Part shown: piece after piece, positions 12,824 through 28,015 of the stretch
How the letters are laid out: every line of letters begins with the position of its first letter
Numbering within the stretch: the stretch's first letter is position 1
From: Bispira polyomma
Taxonomy: Eukaryota
DNA length: 64,000 nt
Direction: 5' to 3'
Assembly (NCBI GenBank): GCA_965649765.1
Contig: OZ287756.1
Location: forward strand, 37,510,001-37,574,000
Position numbers and translations under genes: made by a program
The notes under the pieces: model-generated
The model's database searches: none
What the model saw: the letters and a program-made list of their open reading frames with translations, nothing else
Told to the model about the DNA's origin: nothing

Positions 12824-14243
12824 TAACACTACAAATTTTACTTTAAACATACTAAACTTACGTAAGCTCGATTTATTTTATATTTCTTGGGCATTTCAAT
12901 TAGTTGTCACAAAACGTATCTTATATAGGATTTTGTTGACAACGAAAATGCACTGATTAAACAATCTACATCAAAGAATGCTGAAGATAAATTCAATTTC
13001 AAACTTGTTTTATTTAGACCACAGGTAAAATAACAGCAAAAAGCAAAGTCTTCTTTAGCATCTTGTTATATGTAAACTTTTACTGACATTTAAATAGATT
13101 TTGTACAGCCAACATTCAAATATTAAGTTTGACAGTTTCTAATAGATTTACTTTTGATCTGTCCAGGACTGTCCTGAAACCACAGTGCAAACAATAAGGG
13201 GTAAAAAAATCACAATGTATCTCGGGTTTTTGATCTCATAGATCGTCTACATGGGAACATGGGCTCAGACATTACAGAAAAATGTATAATTCCATTATAT
13301 GATGTAACATTAGACTTGTGTATGACAAGAGGCACTTCTTACTGTCACCCAAAACTAGACTCTCAATTGTCATGTTGTTTCAAAAAATGATTACTGTAAT
13401 AAACACCCCAGGGGTTTTGCATTTTTCCAAAAGGAAAAGTAAAGAAAATATAATAATTTATTTTATAATTAAAGATAGGTGGCAGTGTAACATATTGTTA
13501 TAACAAACAGTTGACTATCCACAATTTGTTTTTATTTTTAACCATAGGCCAATGCAATTTACATGCTGACCGACATTATCATATAATTACCTAATACAAG
13601 TCACTATTTAAACATTTTCAACACTGCATGTAACAATTTCCAGTAATAATACATTGTAGTACCTGCTGAAAATTATTGACATTTTGTGATCTAAAAATCT
13701 CTTGAAATGGGGGGGGGGGGGGGGGGGTTAATTATAGGGGAGCCTTTACTACAGAAAATATGTTAGTTATGTTAAAGAAAGTTACTTTGGATGTAATCTA
13801 ACTTTTCATTTTTAGAGATAATCTGATGTATATTGTAACACAGACATTTTACAAGTTTAATAGTAATGAAACAATATATTATGATGGTCTCTTTTTGTTA
13901 TAGAAAATATAGGTTAGCACAATGGTTTTTTATCACTTAAAAAATAAAAATTGGATGGGGTGTCTGTATGTTTTTAGTGAATTAGTACCTAACTCAAAGT
14001 GTGCTACTTACAATAGCTGATTCTTGCAGGCATCCTACTCCTCTAGTTACTTACTCCCATTGTACACTATTACTAGGGAATTCTCAAGTAACACAGTCAC
14101 ACTTCATAGATAACATCCAGCATCCTCCAATAACACAGCCACATGACAATATCCAAGATGTACAAATCTACAGAAATGTGTTTGTCTGAAGAAATGGGCC
14201 CAGGGTATGCGGAGCCTGCTTACCCTTCCTCTCTGAGGGAGAA

Positions 14244-14620
14244 GTCTGGTTCCCAGTCTACTCACCAGTTCAGGACCCAGCCTACACTATACACCATTCC
14301 TCCCCGAGTCTGGTTCCCAGTCCACTCACCAGTTCAGGATAAAGTCTACACCATACACTCTTCCTCCCTGAGTCTGGTTCCCAGTCCACACACCAGTTCT
14401 GGACCCTACACTATACACCCTTTCTCCTGAGGGTTGAGTCTGGTTCCAAGTCCACTCACCAGTTCACGACCCAGTCTACACTATACAGCCTTCCTCCCCG
14501 AGTCTGGTTCCCAGTCTACACACCAGTTCAGGCAGGACCCAGTCTACACAATACACTTTTCCTCCCTGAGTCTGGATCTCAGTCCACGTACCAGTTCAGG
14601 ACCCAGCCTACACTATACAG
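14244..14620. repeat. Minisatellite, ~60-63 bp x ~6
   Basis: Repeated gtctggttcccagtccactcaccagttcaggacccag... Confidence 0.9.
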
Positions 14621-17600
14621 TACATGTATGTTCCCTGTTCACATCAGTCGCAACTAAAGTGGAGATGAGCAGTTCTGGAGAGGGTACTTGTCAGTTGCTA
14701 TGGTAATGGGTTTCTACACTCCATTGTTCCATGTAAATGTCAGAGGCATGTTGTTGTACTATACTCGATTACACATGAGCCAACAGCAAGACTGGTTATA
14801 AATGTCATGAGGTGGAATTACACAATTATGTTATAATTCTAGACATTTTGTGGCGAAAAAAATCCACTAATAACAGGTTAAACCAAACTGAGACAATTCA
14901 AGATCACTAAGGCCTGTGCATCCATCATGAGTCACATATTTCATATATCCTTTTATATATACTTCTTTTCATTGTAATATAGATAATGTTTTATTCTAGT
15001 TTGGAGCAAGCTCTTCTGTTTTATTGTAGCAATGTCTATATTTAAAACTCCAAATAAAGTTAACCTTGTGCTTGGCAGCATAAATAAAAACAACATTTCC
15101 TGTGCTGGATAAGGAAATTCTGGCCTTTATTTTCCTTACAGCACCAGAGTTTATTTTTACACCAAAGGTAATCAAGATATCATACAACAAACACAAACCA
15201 TCCCACATTGTTTTTTAAAACAACAGTCAGCCCTTGCTTTTTAGATGTTAACTAAGTGTGCACACATATTAGCTTTTATGCAGACTGAAACGTTAAAAAA
15301 TACTGGTGGTACAAACAAACCGTAATGGGGATCAATTAAACTTTTGTCCCTCAGCTAGTTAAGTGAATTGTGTTTTTCTCACCAGTGAAGTAGACACATG
15401 TTTCTAAAACACCAGTGTGATGTGTATGACTGTGTATAGCAGTGATTGTCCTCCGATGATGTCAGAGCATGCACTCGTCCATGGCCACTCCACTCATACC
15501 CTACATCTAACAACCTCTTCACCAGACGACCCACTCCCCTACACATGTCCTCACCCAACTTCCTGTCACTCCTCCACATAGTTGCACTTAAAAGGACCCG
15601 TGTCCTCTCCCCTAAGTACCATTTAAACACACATCTGTCTCTGTCAGCAAACAACAAACATGTGCACCTTTCATCTCCAACAACTCAACTAGTTTACTCA
15701 CTACACTCCTTTGTCAAAACTAAACCACACCATAACAGTATTTCAAATTTATGCTCAAATTTATCTGTTATATTATTGCTTTACCATTTTTTACCAAATT
15801 TAGGCTTTTTATATTGCATGTTAATAAATAACTACCACATTTCATGATTGATGTAAACATATTATAAAAATAGGTGAAGAAAAAAGGTGTGTTTGACCTA
15901 TTTATTATGACATTAGACATCATGCAATCCTGATTCTGCAATCATCTATACTTCAATAAAGCTTGCATAGCCTGTTTGGTTCAAATATCTCTTACAGATA
16001 CATCTCTGATTATAGTGAATGCTACATATAAGACTTGTGTGACTTTTATAGTTTTAAAAAGAGTTTTACCTCAGAAATTATTCATCATATATCTTTCAGG
16101 ACCTAAGAATTGTGGATACGTTTTGCTTGGCAAAACAATCAACATGTTTTGTATGTGTTTCATGTTGTGTCCTAGATGAAATGGTTTTATTAAACACTTC
16201 AAAAACTTTGATATATTTTTTAGTATATATAAAACAAACAAAATGCCTTTTGTGCAACAAATATTACTTTGCTATCATTTAAAGACTGACGTTTAAAAAC
16301 TAGACCTATTGCATTGGAGACCCGATGCATATTGTATCCACTGGAGGGAAAAAATTGGTTATGGTTCCTGGGGATAGTAAATCGCCTCATTTCTTCCTCC
16401 ATATCATTTCAAGACAAATTAGCCATTTAGACAAGTGGTCAGAACTTAAAGTAGCCATTACTCACTTACCTCTGTAAGTTAACCAGGTTATAGAAAATTA
16501 AAATGTAGATGAATAACTTGCTTCACAAAAAGCTGCCATGAAGCAATACTTTTCTTGCAAGTCATTATCATTTTCACCAGTTGTCAATCCTGAAAGTAGC
16601 CATTACTCATTATTGTAAACATCTATACTTCTAAAACTTTGGAATGCTGTAGATCATCAAAAAGTAGCTGAACAACATATTTGAAAAAAACACCCTGGAA
16701 GCAATAGCTTAGGAGTTACAAGTGAATTACTAAAAGTAGCTATGGGTACTATTTCTCACTTAGCTACAGACCCAAACATATTCAACTTTCCTAAATTGTA
16801 AAAAATTATAAAATATGCAAAAAATATATTTCAGCAATGCAGAGAAGCCATAGTTTGGCAACTTTAGGTTAGATGATTTTCATAGAAGCATCAAAAAAAA
16901 AATCTCTCAACACGCGACAACAGCGGAGCCATGTGTAATCCAAGGTATCCACCAGATGCCACAATATAACATGGCTTATTGGTCAGCCAAAGAATTGACT
17001 ATTACCTGAAAAAAAACAATAACAGTAAGCGCTTAAATGAGCACTAGCTATAATGTGCGCAGTGTCAGAGTCCATATTATATTATATCTATTAGCATGAC
17101 ATAATAGATAATATTTCAGAGTGTCTTCAAAATCACCATTGAAGGTTCAAACGTTTCCAAGATTTAGAATTTTCAGAACAAAATAAATACTATAATTCTA
17201 GAGATTTTAATATAAACATACTATAACTTAGATAAGATCAAGTTCTTTTTACCTATTAGTAAAGGGCTCGCTAATTTTAAATTGAAAATGAAATTACACA
17301 AAAAAATTATATATACCTACACTTGAAATCAACCGGTAAATTTATTTTTTATAACTTTAAAGTCGAGACTTAAATACAGGTAAAGTAAAGTGAGCAAGGA
17401 TTCGGTTTTAATGTAAAGTTGAATTGACATGTAAATGGATGAATACAGGAGGTTTCGCTCCATGGCAGATTTGCTCCAAATGTATGGAGGATTGGCCCCA
17501 TATTATGAATATATGGTTTATGTGTTAAAATTTTGTAAATAGTTTTTACAATTAAAGGAAAACCTACCGCAGTGCATATCAATTGTTTACCTTGAATTTA

Positions 17601-20600
17601 GTGCTTAAAGTGTTAATGATAAAATGTCCATATATCGCTAACAACAACTGAAGTAGGTATACAGTCATTTCCGTGACACGTATGACAGTAAAAATAAACA
17701 AATATAAAAATGAGTACCTATATTTAAACTTAAATATCTCAGCTATTTCTAAATGGATTTTGATACAACAAAAAGCACAATATTCACGATAAAATAAGCT
17801 TGATCACCATATTTTCACAAAATTTTTATGTCAAATAATTTTTAAGTTATTAACACATAATCTGCAACTTTTTTATATATATGTGACAAATTACACTATA
17901 TGACCATACCAAAACGGAGCAAAACCTCTCTATACGTGGAGCGAATCCTTCTTGGAGCGTAAACGCCGTGGAGAGAAACCTCTGGTTACCAAATTGATTT
18001 TTACTACCAATAGTGAAAATGTAACAATTATTAAGTGTGACAATCTTCAACATTGACTTTCTGACTGGTCATAGAGTGTTCTAAAGCCTCAGTGATAAGA
18101 TTTCATATTTTATGGTACAAATTAGTGTACAGATACAGGTATGAATAAATATTGGGGATTATGATTTAAAAAGATAAAGACTTATATCCAAATTATATAA
18201 ATTCCTGTTTCATTAGAATTATGACCATTAAATTAACATAGTATGTTAATATCTTCTACACTATTGTAAACATATTTTACTAGAAGATATAAAAAAGACA
18301 AAATGTCATGTGATATGGAAGCCATTTAATAGTGTTGTACATTGCCACTTGTTCACTAGCCATAGTCAGTGGAAAATAAGGTGTCTGGTAAAATTAAACT
18401 GAACTAACCCACTGCTTTGTAATACACATGTAAATACGTCTATTACAATCTACTGATAACTATGTCAGAATAGCAGTGTTACAAGTTACACTCACCAATA
18501 AGATCATCAAGGCTCCATGCTTCAACAACAACACTTTTGTTTTTACTAGTCTTTGTTTTTCCATTGGTATCCATTTCCCATATTCCATTTAGAATGCTAT
18601 GCTTTCTTATTTTCATAAACACAAACAGTGTTAAAAACCTAGAGTGAAGTAAACGAGGTAAACAGTCAAATAAGGAGGTAAATAAGTAGATATCCCTGTG
18701 TGTGAGTGTAGTTGTGTTGTACACTGTGTAATTTATTCCTTCCTTGATCAGCCTTTCACTCCATGTGCAGTATTCCTGTAGAGGACAAAGCCAGCAGGTC
18801 CACTATCTTATCAGTGCCAAGCCTTCACTCTGTTGACACTATCTTGATTCAATTTAACACACCTATTCAGTATTATTTACACTGGGGTGTTAGAGCAGTC
18901 TAATCTGGAGGTAGAACATGATGCTGATATTTTCAGTACTTTTCTATTAAATTATTCAAGAGCAGTAATTCTATAGGTGTTTCTGGATGGGTCTGCCCTG
19001 TTATCACCACCTACACAAGGACACTGTATCCATACTGACTACACCAACCATTAAACTTCTCTCAACATCACCTACACTGGACTAAAACAACATAAAAACA
19101 TCTCCCTTCTAAGATCTGTGCAACCTGATAAAGAAAGCCTATTGACAGTATGCTAATCTGTTTTATCACAGGTGAGCAAACATTTCATTGACTAGCTGAT
19201 CCTGTGGTTTACATTTAATCTGGCCTTGTTATGTAAGTGAGGATATACCCTGCTGATAACAGCCCCCACTTCAGCCAGATTACTGATCAACCTCTGTACT
19301 CTGTACTACTACAGAATACCTGGACACAAGTCCAAGGTGTGACCACTGGACTGTTCTTATGGACTGTGCCCTACTTCACCTGATAACCCTCTGTACTACT
19401 ACAGAATACCTGGACACAAGGTGTGACCACTAGACTGTCCCTGTGAACTGTACTCCATCAGGTCACAGTTCTGCTAACCTGTACAGGACAGCTAATTAGG
19501 CAGATTACTGAATACCTGGCACAGGATATGGCATTAACTATGTATGAGAGATCAGTTATATAATGCATTGGTTCATCCTATAGTAATGAATATATTATGA
19601 GTCCTGTACAGCATTCCATGTCCCTCCTCTAGATGTACATGCTCTCCTATGACTGGCTGACACACAAGTCTATTACATGTTAGATTCAGTTTCTAACATT
19701 TAGTAGACTATATATCATTTAAAAAGTGCACATGTATAACCATCAGTACCTGATCAATGCAAACAAATCATTCATGACATAATATATTCTTTCAATACAC
19801 AGTAACATAGTACACTGGTCTAGAATGTAATCCTTCCAGTGAGGTATCCGTGAGTCCAGTGCAGGTGTATTAGGATGCAGTGTTTCAGGATGAAGCCAAA
19901 AAAAATCAAACTTGTCACAAATTTCAATACACATTACTCCATTGAATACAATTGAGTGTATAGTGTACCAACCCTTGTACAACTGCTAACTAGTTTCTAG
20001 TATGGACCTGTATACAGGCTAGACAACACATTGTGTTTATATACAGCACTGGCAGTTATATTATTATACAGTTGGACCAATATATAAAGAGATGTTTTTT
20101 TTTTCTGATTACATCAGTAGCTGACTCCATTGACTACAGTAGTAGATATCTTGTCTATCCTGACTCAATCACATCTCTGCCTTTGTCTTTTATAGCAGAC
20201 AAGTCACAACACATTCACCACTACACTCCATATCAGGTTCTATATGTTCACTACCCTAGTTTATGATTTAGTTTACATACACCAATGTGTTTTTTGTTAC
20301 ATATAACCACCAGCCAATGGGACAGCTTTCCCTGGCTCTTGGGTAACCTATAGTAATCATCCTTGGTGTTATTGCCAATGATGAGGTCTCTGCCTTGGCT
20401 ATGACATACTCATTATAATCACTTGTACTACATCCGTTATAACAGGTCACAGGTTGAGTATCCTTCTAGTATATTGTACTATAACCACATCAGGGTTACA
20501 CAGCAAACTGGCAATCTCTCCAGTTGGCCTTGCTAGTCACCTAAGGACAATTCCAGGCACTACTGGCTATCTTATCTCCACTTCCTTTATTCATTGTTGA

Positions 20601-21940
20601 TATTATTTATTGTTATGTACCACGCCTACATGGTTCCTAGAAAGCATTAGTAATTACATAATATGCAATGTCTATTATACAATTATCTACAGAGAGATCC
20701 TTATTCAATAACTGCAGTAGGCTTTCACAGAGATGTGTAAATAAACAGCTAAATCTGTGAGCTTTTAAGTATTTCCTTAAATTCAATACTAGTTTTCTAA
20801 AGTAGATTGGCATAAGTCAAGATATAACAGTAATACCAAGGATTATGATTGTGCACAATGATCTCCCACCAGCTGTCTAAGCATATACTCAGGTAAGTTA
20901 TTATAGTACTGCTGACTTCCAGTTGAAGTGTGTAGTACATAGATCCAGTGCGAGAGCAGTGAGGGGGGAGGGTTCACAATGACAGCACACTGCATGCTTC
21001 ACTCTCATCCATCACAAGAACCCTCTCAACTGGAAACCATTACTCTATTGAACCAGCCCAAGCCCTCACTCATTACACTATACAGTTTACTTTGAAATGG
21101 GGAAAAAATACATATGCTATCAAACAATATTATCATAAATGAGCAATGAGATATGCTATTTATAGCAGTACTTTTTACATTTCTTATTTCTGCACATGCG
21201 CTACAATAATTGCACGCTTCTATTTGAGCATTCTAAAAATATTATACTGAACCATATCATACTAAAAACATCTACGGTCTTATACACGTCATCTGCATCA
21301 CATGTTTCAGTATTCTACTGATACATGTACTACTAATAAATATAAAACTTGGGAGTATATTTGCCAGCAAATTAAGCTATCAGAAGTGTGTTCTACATTC
21401 ATACCAATAATTATCACCAGAAAACACATTTATAGATGTTACAAATGTTACAGTCTAATTAATCACAAACAAATATTTATCAAAAAGTACCCCTAAACAC
21501 CACCATATGATGTGCTTGATTCTAAAAAAATTTCAAAGCCAAAGATCAAACTGCAGCAATGATAATTGTGCCTCCTAACTTTGACCTTGAGCTTCCCCTC
21601 ACAACTGGTTCTTGAGGATGTACAGACAAATACCTCTTGTCCTTATACTTTTTGTCCAAATACTTTTTGCCTAAATACATTTTGTGCGAAGGCTCTGGTG
21701 AGATTTTAAGATCAGGGTCATCATACTTAGGTCAATGGTTAAACTCAGATTCTAACATGACACGGCTGTGTCTGCGATTCTGATTGGCTAAACTCTATGG
21801 TAAAAATAACCGTATATGCACGAACGGAAGTAGACTTATTTCGTCTGCAGTGACTAAATGGATATAGTTCCTTTAATAACGTAATTTTAAAGTAAAAACA
21901 ACTAAAATCAGATAATAATTAAAATTTGTCATGTAAGAAT

Positions 21941-22084
21941 AGGGTTAACACATTCCAAAGCATGCTATAAGGTAATTTTTAGCACTCTTGGAGCTTAGAA
22001 ACACTTAGGCTCCGCCCTCATGCTACTACGCCTCCAATCGTGCTAAAAATTTCCATATAGCATGTTCTGTCATGTGTTATCCCT
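21941..22084. mobile_element. Near-palindromic 144-bp hairpin element (MITE-like)
   Basis: agggttaacaca..gcatgctata..aatttttagcac / gtgctaaaaattt..tatagcatg..tgtgttatccct. Confidence 0.7.
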
Positions 22085-23454
22085 TAATTAGACTATAATA
22101 TTGTACATATGTACCCCTTAAAATTAGAAAAATCAATAATGTTTAAATTGCGTAAGCAGTCAGATCTTCGTCAAGACAAATCACTTACAAAAACTTCTTT
22201 ACTAAGTCATGCATAAGATATCATAACACCAAGAGGGGTGTAATTTGTGGTGACTTCAGACAGCCGATTTTACACCAGACTGTGACAGACTAGAACACAG
22301 TCGCTACTGCACTTAACACACACCAGTACACCCAATTTAACACACCATTCAACTGATAGGTGTCACTGAGGTGAAATATGTAACACACAAACAACACGGT
22401 GTGGCCTGGTGTTGTCTGAACTGATAAAATATTAACAAGCACTTGAAAGTGGTTAATAAGAGATCTTAAAAACATACAACTAGAAAAACCTTACATTCAT
22501 GTATAAACTGCATAATACAGAGGCTTTGATCAAATATCACCCTGTAAGACACTCACTCTACAAGAGGGATAGTCCTACCACATTGCCTGGGTTATCATTA
22601 CATAAAGATGTTATCCCACCAATGAACTCTTCCAACCAGGAGTATAACTGGGGACACTCTGATCACTAGACCAACTCCCTAACCACTAGGCCAACAGAGA
22701 CCAGATGGATATGTTATTTAGTAATATTTATCATGTCTTTGGACTATAGTACACTAGAGATAAAAAAAGTCAGAAATACTGTAAAAGAGAACATTTTTGC
22801 TGCAAGAAACTTTTAATAATTTACATTTTCAAGGGAATTTTTTTTTTTCAATTATTGCCTTTTTTTAAATAAAATATTATTTTAAGTTAAAATTTTTATG
22901 GCAAATTTATTTTCAGTGTCCCAACTCATTAATTTTTGGTGAAAATTTACACTCACACTGTAAAGGCTATATATTTGGCATATATAAAGCAGGTATTATG
23001 TATCAGTATCAAATTTTCACCGTTGGGCAATCATTCATTGATCATATATATGACAGGGTGCTGGTTGAAGAAAAATCATTTGGCAAAACAGGCGGTCCTT
23101 ACAACATAAAAGGTTTTTCAGTACGTAAGACCAGGATAATTTTGAGACTGGAGAGACAAAATGAACCTATTTACTTGAATATTCAGGCATTAGAAAGGTA
23201 ATGAACCTCATCTACTTGAATATTTGGGCAATAGAAAGTCCATTAATAAAGCAGAATAATAAAGGTGCCAGTCCAGCCAGTAAACCTGGATCACAGTAGA
23301 CATTGAAGGGTGTGGAAAATCTACTCTGATTGTAACAATCAACAGGCTGTAGATGTTTTAAAAGTCTGGGAATTATATCTTCAATCTGTAAAAATTATCC
23401 TGACAATTGGCTTTGTACTGACTTTATGACTAACTCACCTAAAATATTACCACC

Positions 23455-24105
23455 TTTATGACCACATTATCTAAGATATTACTACCTTTATCACCAGCTT
23501 ACCTAAGATATAACCACCTTTATGACCACCTTACCTTTGATATTATCACCTTCATGACCACATTACCTAAGATATCACCACCTCAATATGACCACCTTAC
23601 GTAAGATATTTTTACCTTTATGACCAACTTACCTAAGATATTACAACCTTTATGACCACATTACCTAAGATATTACTACATATTTATGACCACATTACCT
23701 AAGATATTACTACATATTTATGACCACATTTTCTAAGATATTACTACATATTTATGACCACATTACCTAAGATATTACTACATATTTATGACCACATTAC
23801 CTAAGATATTACTACATATTTATGACCACATTACCTAAGATATTACTACATATTTATGACCACATTACCCAAGATATTACAACCTTTATGACCACATTAC
23901 CTAAGATATTACAACCTTTATGACCACATTACCTAAAATATTACTACATATTTATGACCACATTACCTAAGATATTACTACATATTTATGACCACTTTAC
24001 CTAAGATATTACTACCTTTATGACCACATTACCTAAGATATTACAACCTTTATGACCACATTACCTAAGATATTACTACCTTTATGACCACCTTACCTAA
24101 GATAT
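23455..24105. repeat. Minisatellite, 32-34 bp x ~20
   Basis: Unit tttatgaccacattacctaagatattact(a/c)... Confidence 0.95.
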
Positions 24106-27100
24106 CCTGTTTAGTCCACACCTGCATGGTTTCTGTGTTCTGGAGAGGTAGATCCAAGCAGATTCACATCATGCACTACACCTCTCACAATGTGTATTAC
24201 TGTATTCACATAGAGCATGTGGCAGCAACATCTCCAGACATACTGTGTTTAAGTTAAACAATATCAGAGTATCATTACCCAGTATATAGACCTCATAGTG
24301 TGACATCCCAGGTAAAATACATACAAGTTACTTTGTTGTCAGCTTTTAGTTTTTAGCTATAAGTATGTCTTCTTACATTTCAAATAATAGTATTTATACT
24401 AAAATACAGTTTCCATTGAACCAGCTTTAGCTGTCACTTCCAATGTTATTTTCCACATCCAATCTAATATGTGTATCCACATAGAGTAATAGCTAGGTTC
24501 TTGTATGAGAAGAAAATGCACAATACAATCCAGTTATTGTGATTTTCAGCATGGACTGGACCCTTTTAGTTGTTTCATATTTACAAAGCTTTTTACAATG
24601 TCCTGTAAATTCCCCTTGGTTGTTCTTCTATTTCATGTCCAGCTTTTAACACTTGGTTGTTTATGACCCCATAGGACAATGGAAGCACAGAGGTCAGTGT
24701 TTAAAGAATGTGCAGGAAATTCTCACATGTGTATGTCATATCTATCACCTTTAAGAGTAAGTATACCAAGATGACAGGGATAATACCTCTGTACATGAAA
24801 ATAATCCTTCCAATTATACAGATGACAGAGGCCAGTGTACCAACCGGCTCATCATGTGATATTTTTCTGATTAAGTAAATATTCAGTGCAAACAAGCTAT
24901 TTTGTAACAAAGTTCACACAAAAAGACAAATTATTAAAACAATTCAGCATAAAGTAGTGACAGTTTGAGGTCCAGTATTCACTTCTATTTGTAAGGCAGT
25001 AACTCAACACAGATGGACCAAGTCTCTGACTCTTGTGTTCTGATATGAGCAGATTACACAAACTGAGTAACACCACTTGGTAAAACTCTACCCATTCTTT
25101 CACTATCAAATAGTGCCACAATCCCAGACAGTAAAATCACATTTGATAGCTGTTCATTCAACAGTTTGCACTAAGATATGCAGAAATCAAGATAAGTACT
25201 CTGATAAGTCTGTAGTAACTAGTAACTACTTAGTCCTATTCAAATATTTCCCTGTTGGTGTACTTGTATATGATGTGGATGGAAGTTACAGAGCCATAAT
25301 ACCACAAGGTTAGTCCTACCTTCAGCAAGTTCTCTGTACTATCTGTGGAGCATGGAAACAACCTTCAGCCACTAACATGAACATATGCATACATTAAACT
25401 AGTTCTAATCAAGCTGACAATGAGAAAGCTGTGTCAGCCGTAGACTGGCCCTCTTTCAGACTGTGGTAGTGTTATCAGCCTGTGTTTACATCTTTCTCTA
25501 CTTGTCCCACTTGACACAGTCACACAGAGCTTGTCAGAGTGACACCAGTCTTCTCTGTCATCCACATACAATGCTGTGTGAACACAGGGAAATGTCAATA
25601 GCACATCCACTTCATGGCCTGATTAATGTTATTAAATAGCAGCAATAATGCTGCAGTCAGAACTGGTTATTGTTAGTGAAGCATTGTGTCACTAAATCAT
25701 TGCAGACATGTGTCACAACAGTGTGAAACTCACTCATAATAGATGAGGTCACCTCAACTCACTCAACACCAGTACCACAAACCTGGTTTTACACTGCACC
25801 TTCACACGCAGGGACATATTTAAATTCTACATGTATATAGGATGTTATACATTTAAATACAAAAGACCTCCAATGTACATTCAGATATTACTACAGACAT
25901 AATTCATTATATATTATTATATTATCATCCATAAAATGTTGGTTAAAAAGCCTCTATTTTCAAATAAGGCAATCAGATTATAGAGAATATTTATTTATTT
26001 TATTTTTCGAAAAATCATTGAGCTGGAAAACCTGTTACATGTCTCGCTTTTGTTGAGTTGGGTTGGGGTACTATGGTAACTTAAACAATACATGCATGAA
26101 CTAACTGGAAAGTGTTGTAAAAAGTACATTCAATCAATATAAACAGCAGTTCTAATTTAAAAACACTCCTTAATTCCCCTGACACAGGTGTGTACAATTG
26201 TCTAATTGATTCTTTGATAACAATGACACAAAAATGTAGTCTCAGGAAAAACAGGCTGAGGCACTTGCTCCAAAGATTTACAAAGAGTTCACTGTAATTA
26301 TATCTCAATACTTTTAACTTAACTCAATGTGCTCTCGCTTTTGATAGCCTTTTCCAAACCCTGAGAAACTGCCTAGAAATGGAATTAGAAAAAAAAGACA
26401 TAAAAACGCCTAAAAATCACCAAATGGATCATTTGCTACAAACATATATACCAGGTATTGTAACAGAGAAGTACTTTATGTTATTAGATGGTTGCGTAGA
26501 TAGGTCTTAAATAATATAACTGCCCTAACCTCATAGAAACAACTATTACTGCATTTATATAAACGATGTAGTTGGCACTTTTCCCAGACTTTCCATTGCC
26601 AAGTTAAGAGAAACAGAGATATGTACTGGTACCCATAAAATTACACTTAATTTAAATCCACAAAGGTTAAGGTTCATCGATAAGAATGGAATTAAGATTA
26701 CTCACTCTTACAAAATAATTTTGCTAAATCACATGAAAAATATTTTTAAATAATCTTCTACTAATTACATGGAGCATGTAATTCCATTACCCCAGGCATT
26801 TTCTTAGTGTTGCAGTGTTTAGTGTCAACTTTATATACTTTTTTGCTACAGTCGGGCACTAAAAGTAGCTTAAATTACTGCAATCTAAAATATTGGAAAT
26901 TACTTCTTTGTTTGACTTAACAATGCCTGGGAGAATTTGAAGTAGGCCTGGAAGTGCTTGTATTGTGAGAAAATGGCTTACATTTACAATGCAGTTAACC
27001 AGTAGCAGTAAGCATATTAAAATGTTTGAAACCTGAGAACAAGACTTTCTGAAAGTTTACCTAATACATAATAGCCTGATTCTTATATCTGAGAGTGAGG

Positions 27101-27114
27101 TATTAATACGACTA

Positions 27115-27327
27115 CACAGGCGGTCACAATAGTGTCCAAGTCATAATAGTGTCCGTTTTATTTTTAAAGAACTTACTGACGGAAAATAATATTGAAAACA
27201 CATGCTACTTTATGCCTATAAATAAAATTACAGAATACTATATTTTATTTTTGAGAAATCTACGTTTTATACTTTAAAATATGCTTCGACCAATATTGCG
27301 ATCCAGACACTATTGTGAGCACCCGTG
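27115..27327. mobile_element. Tc1/mariner-type MITE, 213 bp
   Basis: TIR cacaggcggtcacaatagtgtc / gacactattgtgagcacccgtg; TA on both flanks. Confidence 0.8.
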
Positions 27328-27469
27328 TATACTGAGCTGATTCTACTATGTCTAATCCTTTGTTTTGATTGTATTATTACATCACGATGAGTATTAAATA
27401 TACATGTACATCCAGCCAGAATACATTATTGCAGTACATGGAATTATCCCTGCTGGCCAACAGATCGGT

Positions 27470-28015
27470 GCGAGGGCCATGTCTGTTAAAGACCTTTCGG
27501 CACCCCGGCTGTAATCCTGTAGCTCCTGGATTCATCTGGGCAGTCAGGGTTGTAATCCTGCTGATCCAGGGATCAAATAACACAATCGTGAAGTTTCTAA
27601 ACATGTTTAGAAAATGCCCTGATTTGAAATTTTACCCCCCTCTGGGCCAGGATAATCTGGAGTACACCCCGAGTAACCCTAATGCCACCCAGGTAGATCT
27701 TGGTGTATTTCCCCCCTCCATCACTCTAAAACAACAAAATGGAATCCTTATTGTTGTAAAGATCAACCTGGGTGAGCTTTCCGATTGTTAGGATCAACCT
27801 GGGTGACTTCCCGATTGTTAGGATCAACCTGAGTGACTTGTTACAGTTAAATCGTTGGGTCCTTCAAAATCACCCTGGCGTACCCCAGGATTATCTGGAG
27901 TATTTTTAAAAATTCAAGGTTTTTTTCTGTCACAGCAGGTGGTCCAGAGGATTCAGCAGGGTGCCGTAAAAATCGGGGCTGCTCCATATCATCCTTGGCT
28001 GTGGAACAGCCCTCA
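27470..28015. mobile_element. Probable GC-richer non-autonomous DNA element
   Basis: Inverted pair cggcaccc..gctgtaatcct / aggattcagcagggtgccg; internal gatcaacctgggtga triplication; termini unclear. Confidence 0.45.

Noticed and set aside
13709-13727. Poly-G run
   Set aside because: Simple homopolymer within a probable decayed repeat; no further support for function.
15379-15657. 92-aa minus-strand ORF ending at CTG|gtgaga as a possible first exon
   Set aside because: The open frame gives phase 2, incompatible with the phase-1 acceptor at 9827. The other frames have stops. It could still be a non-coding exon.
23455-24105. CRISPR-like regular repeats (also 55212, 62154)
   Set aside because: Head-to-tail units with no unique spacers, no cas genes, eukaryotic context.
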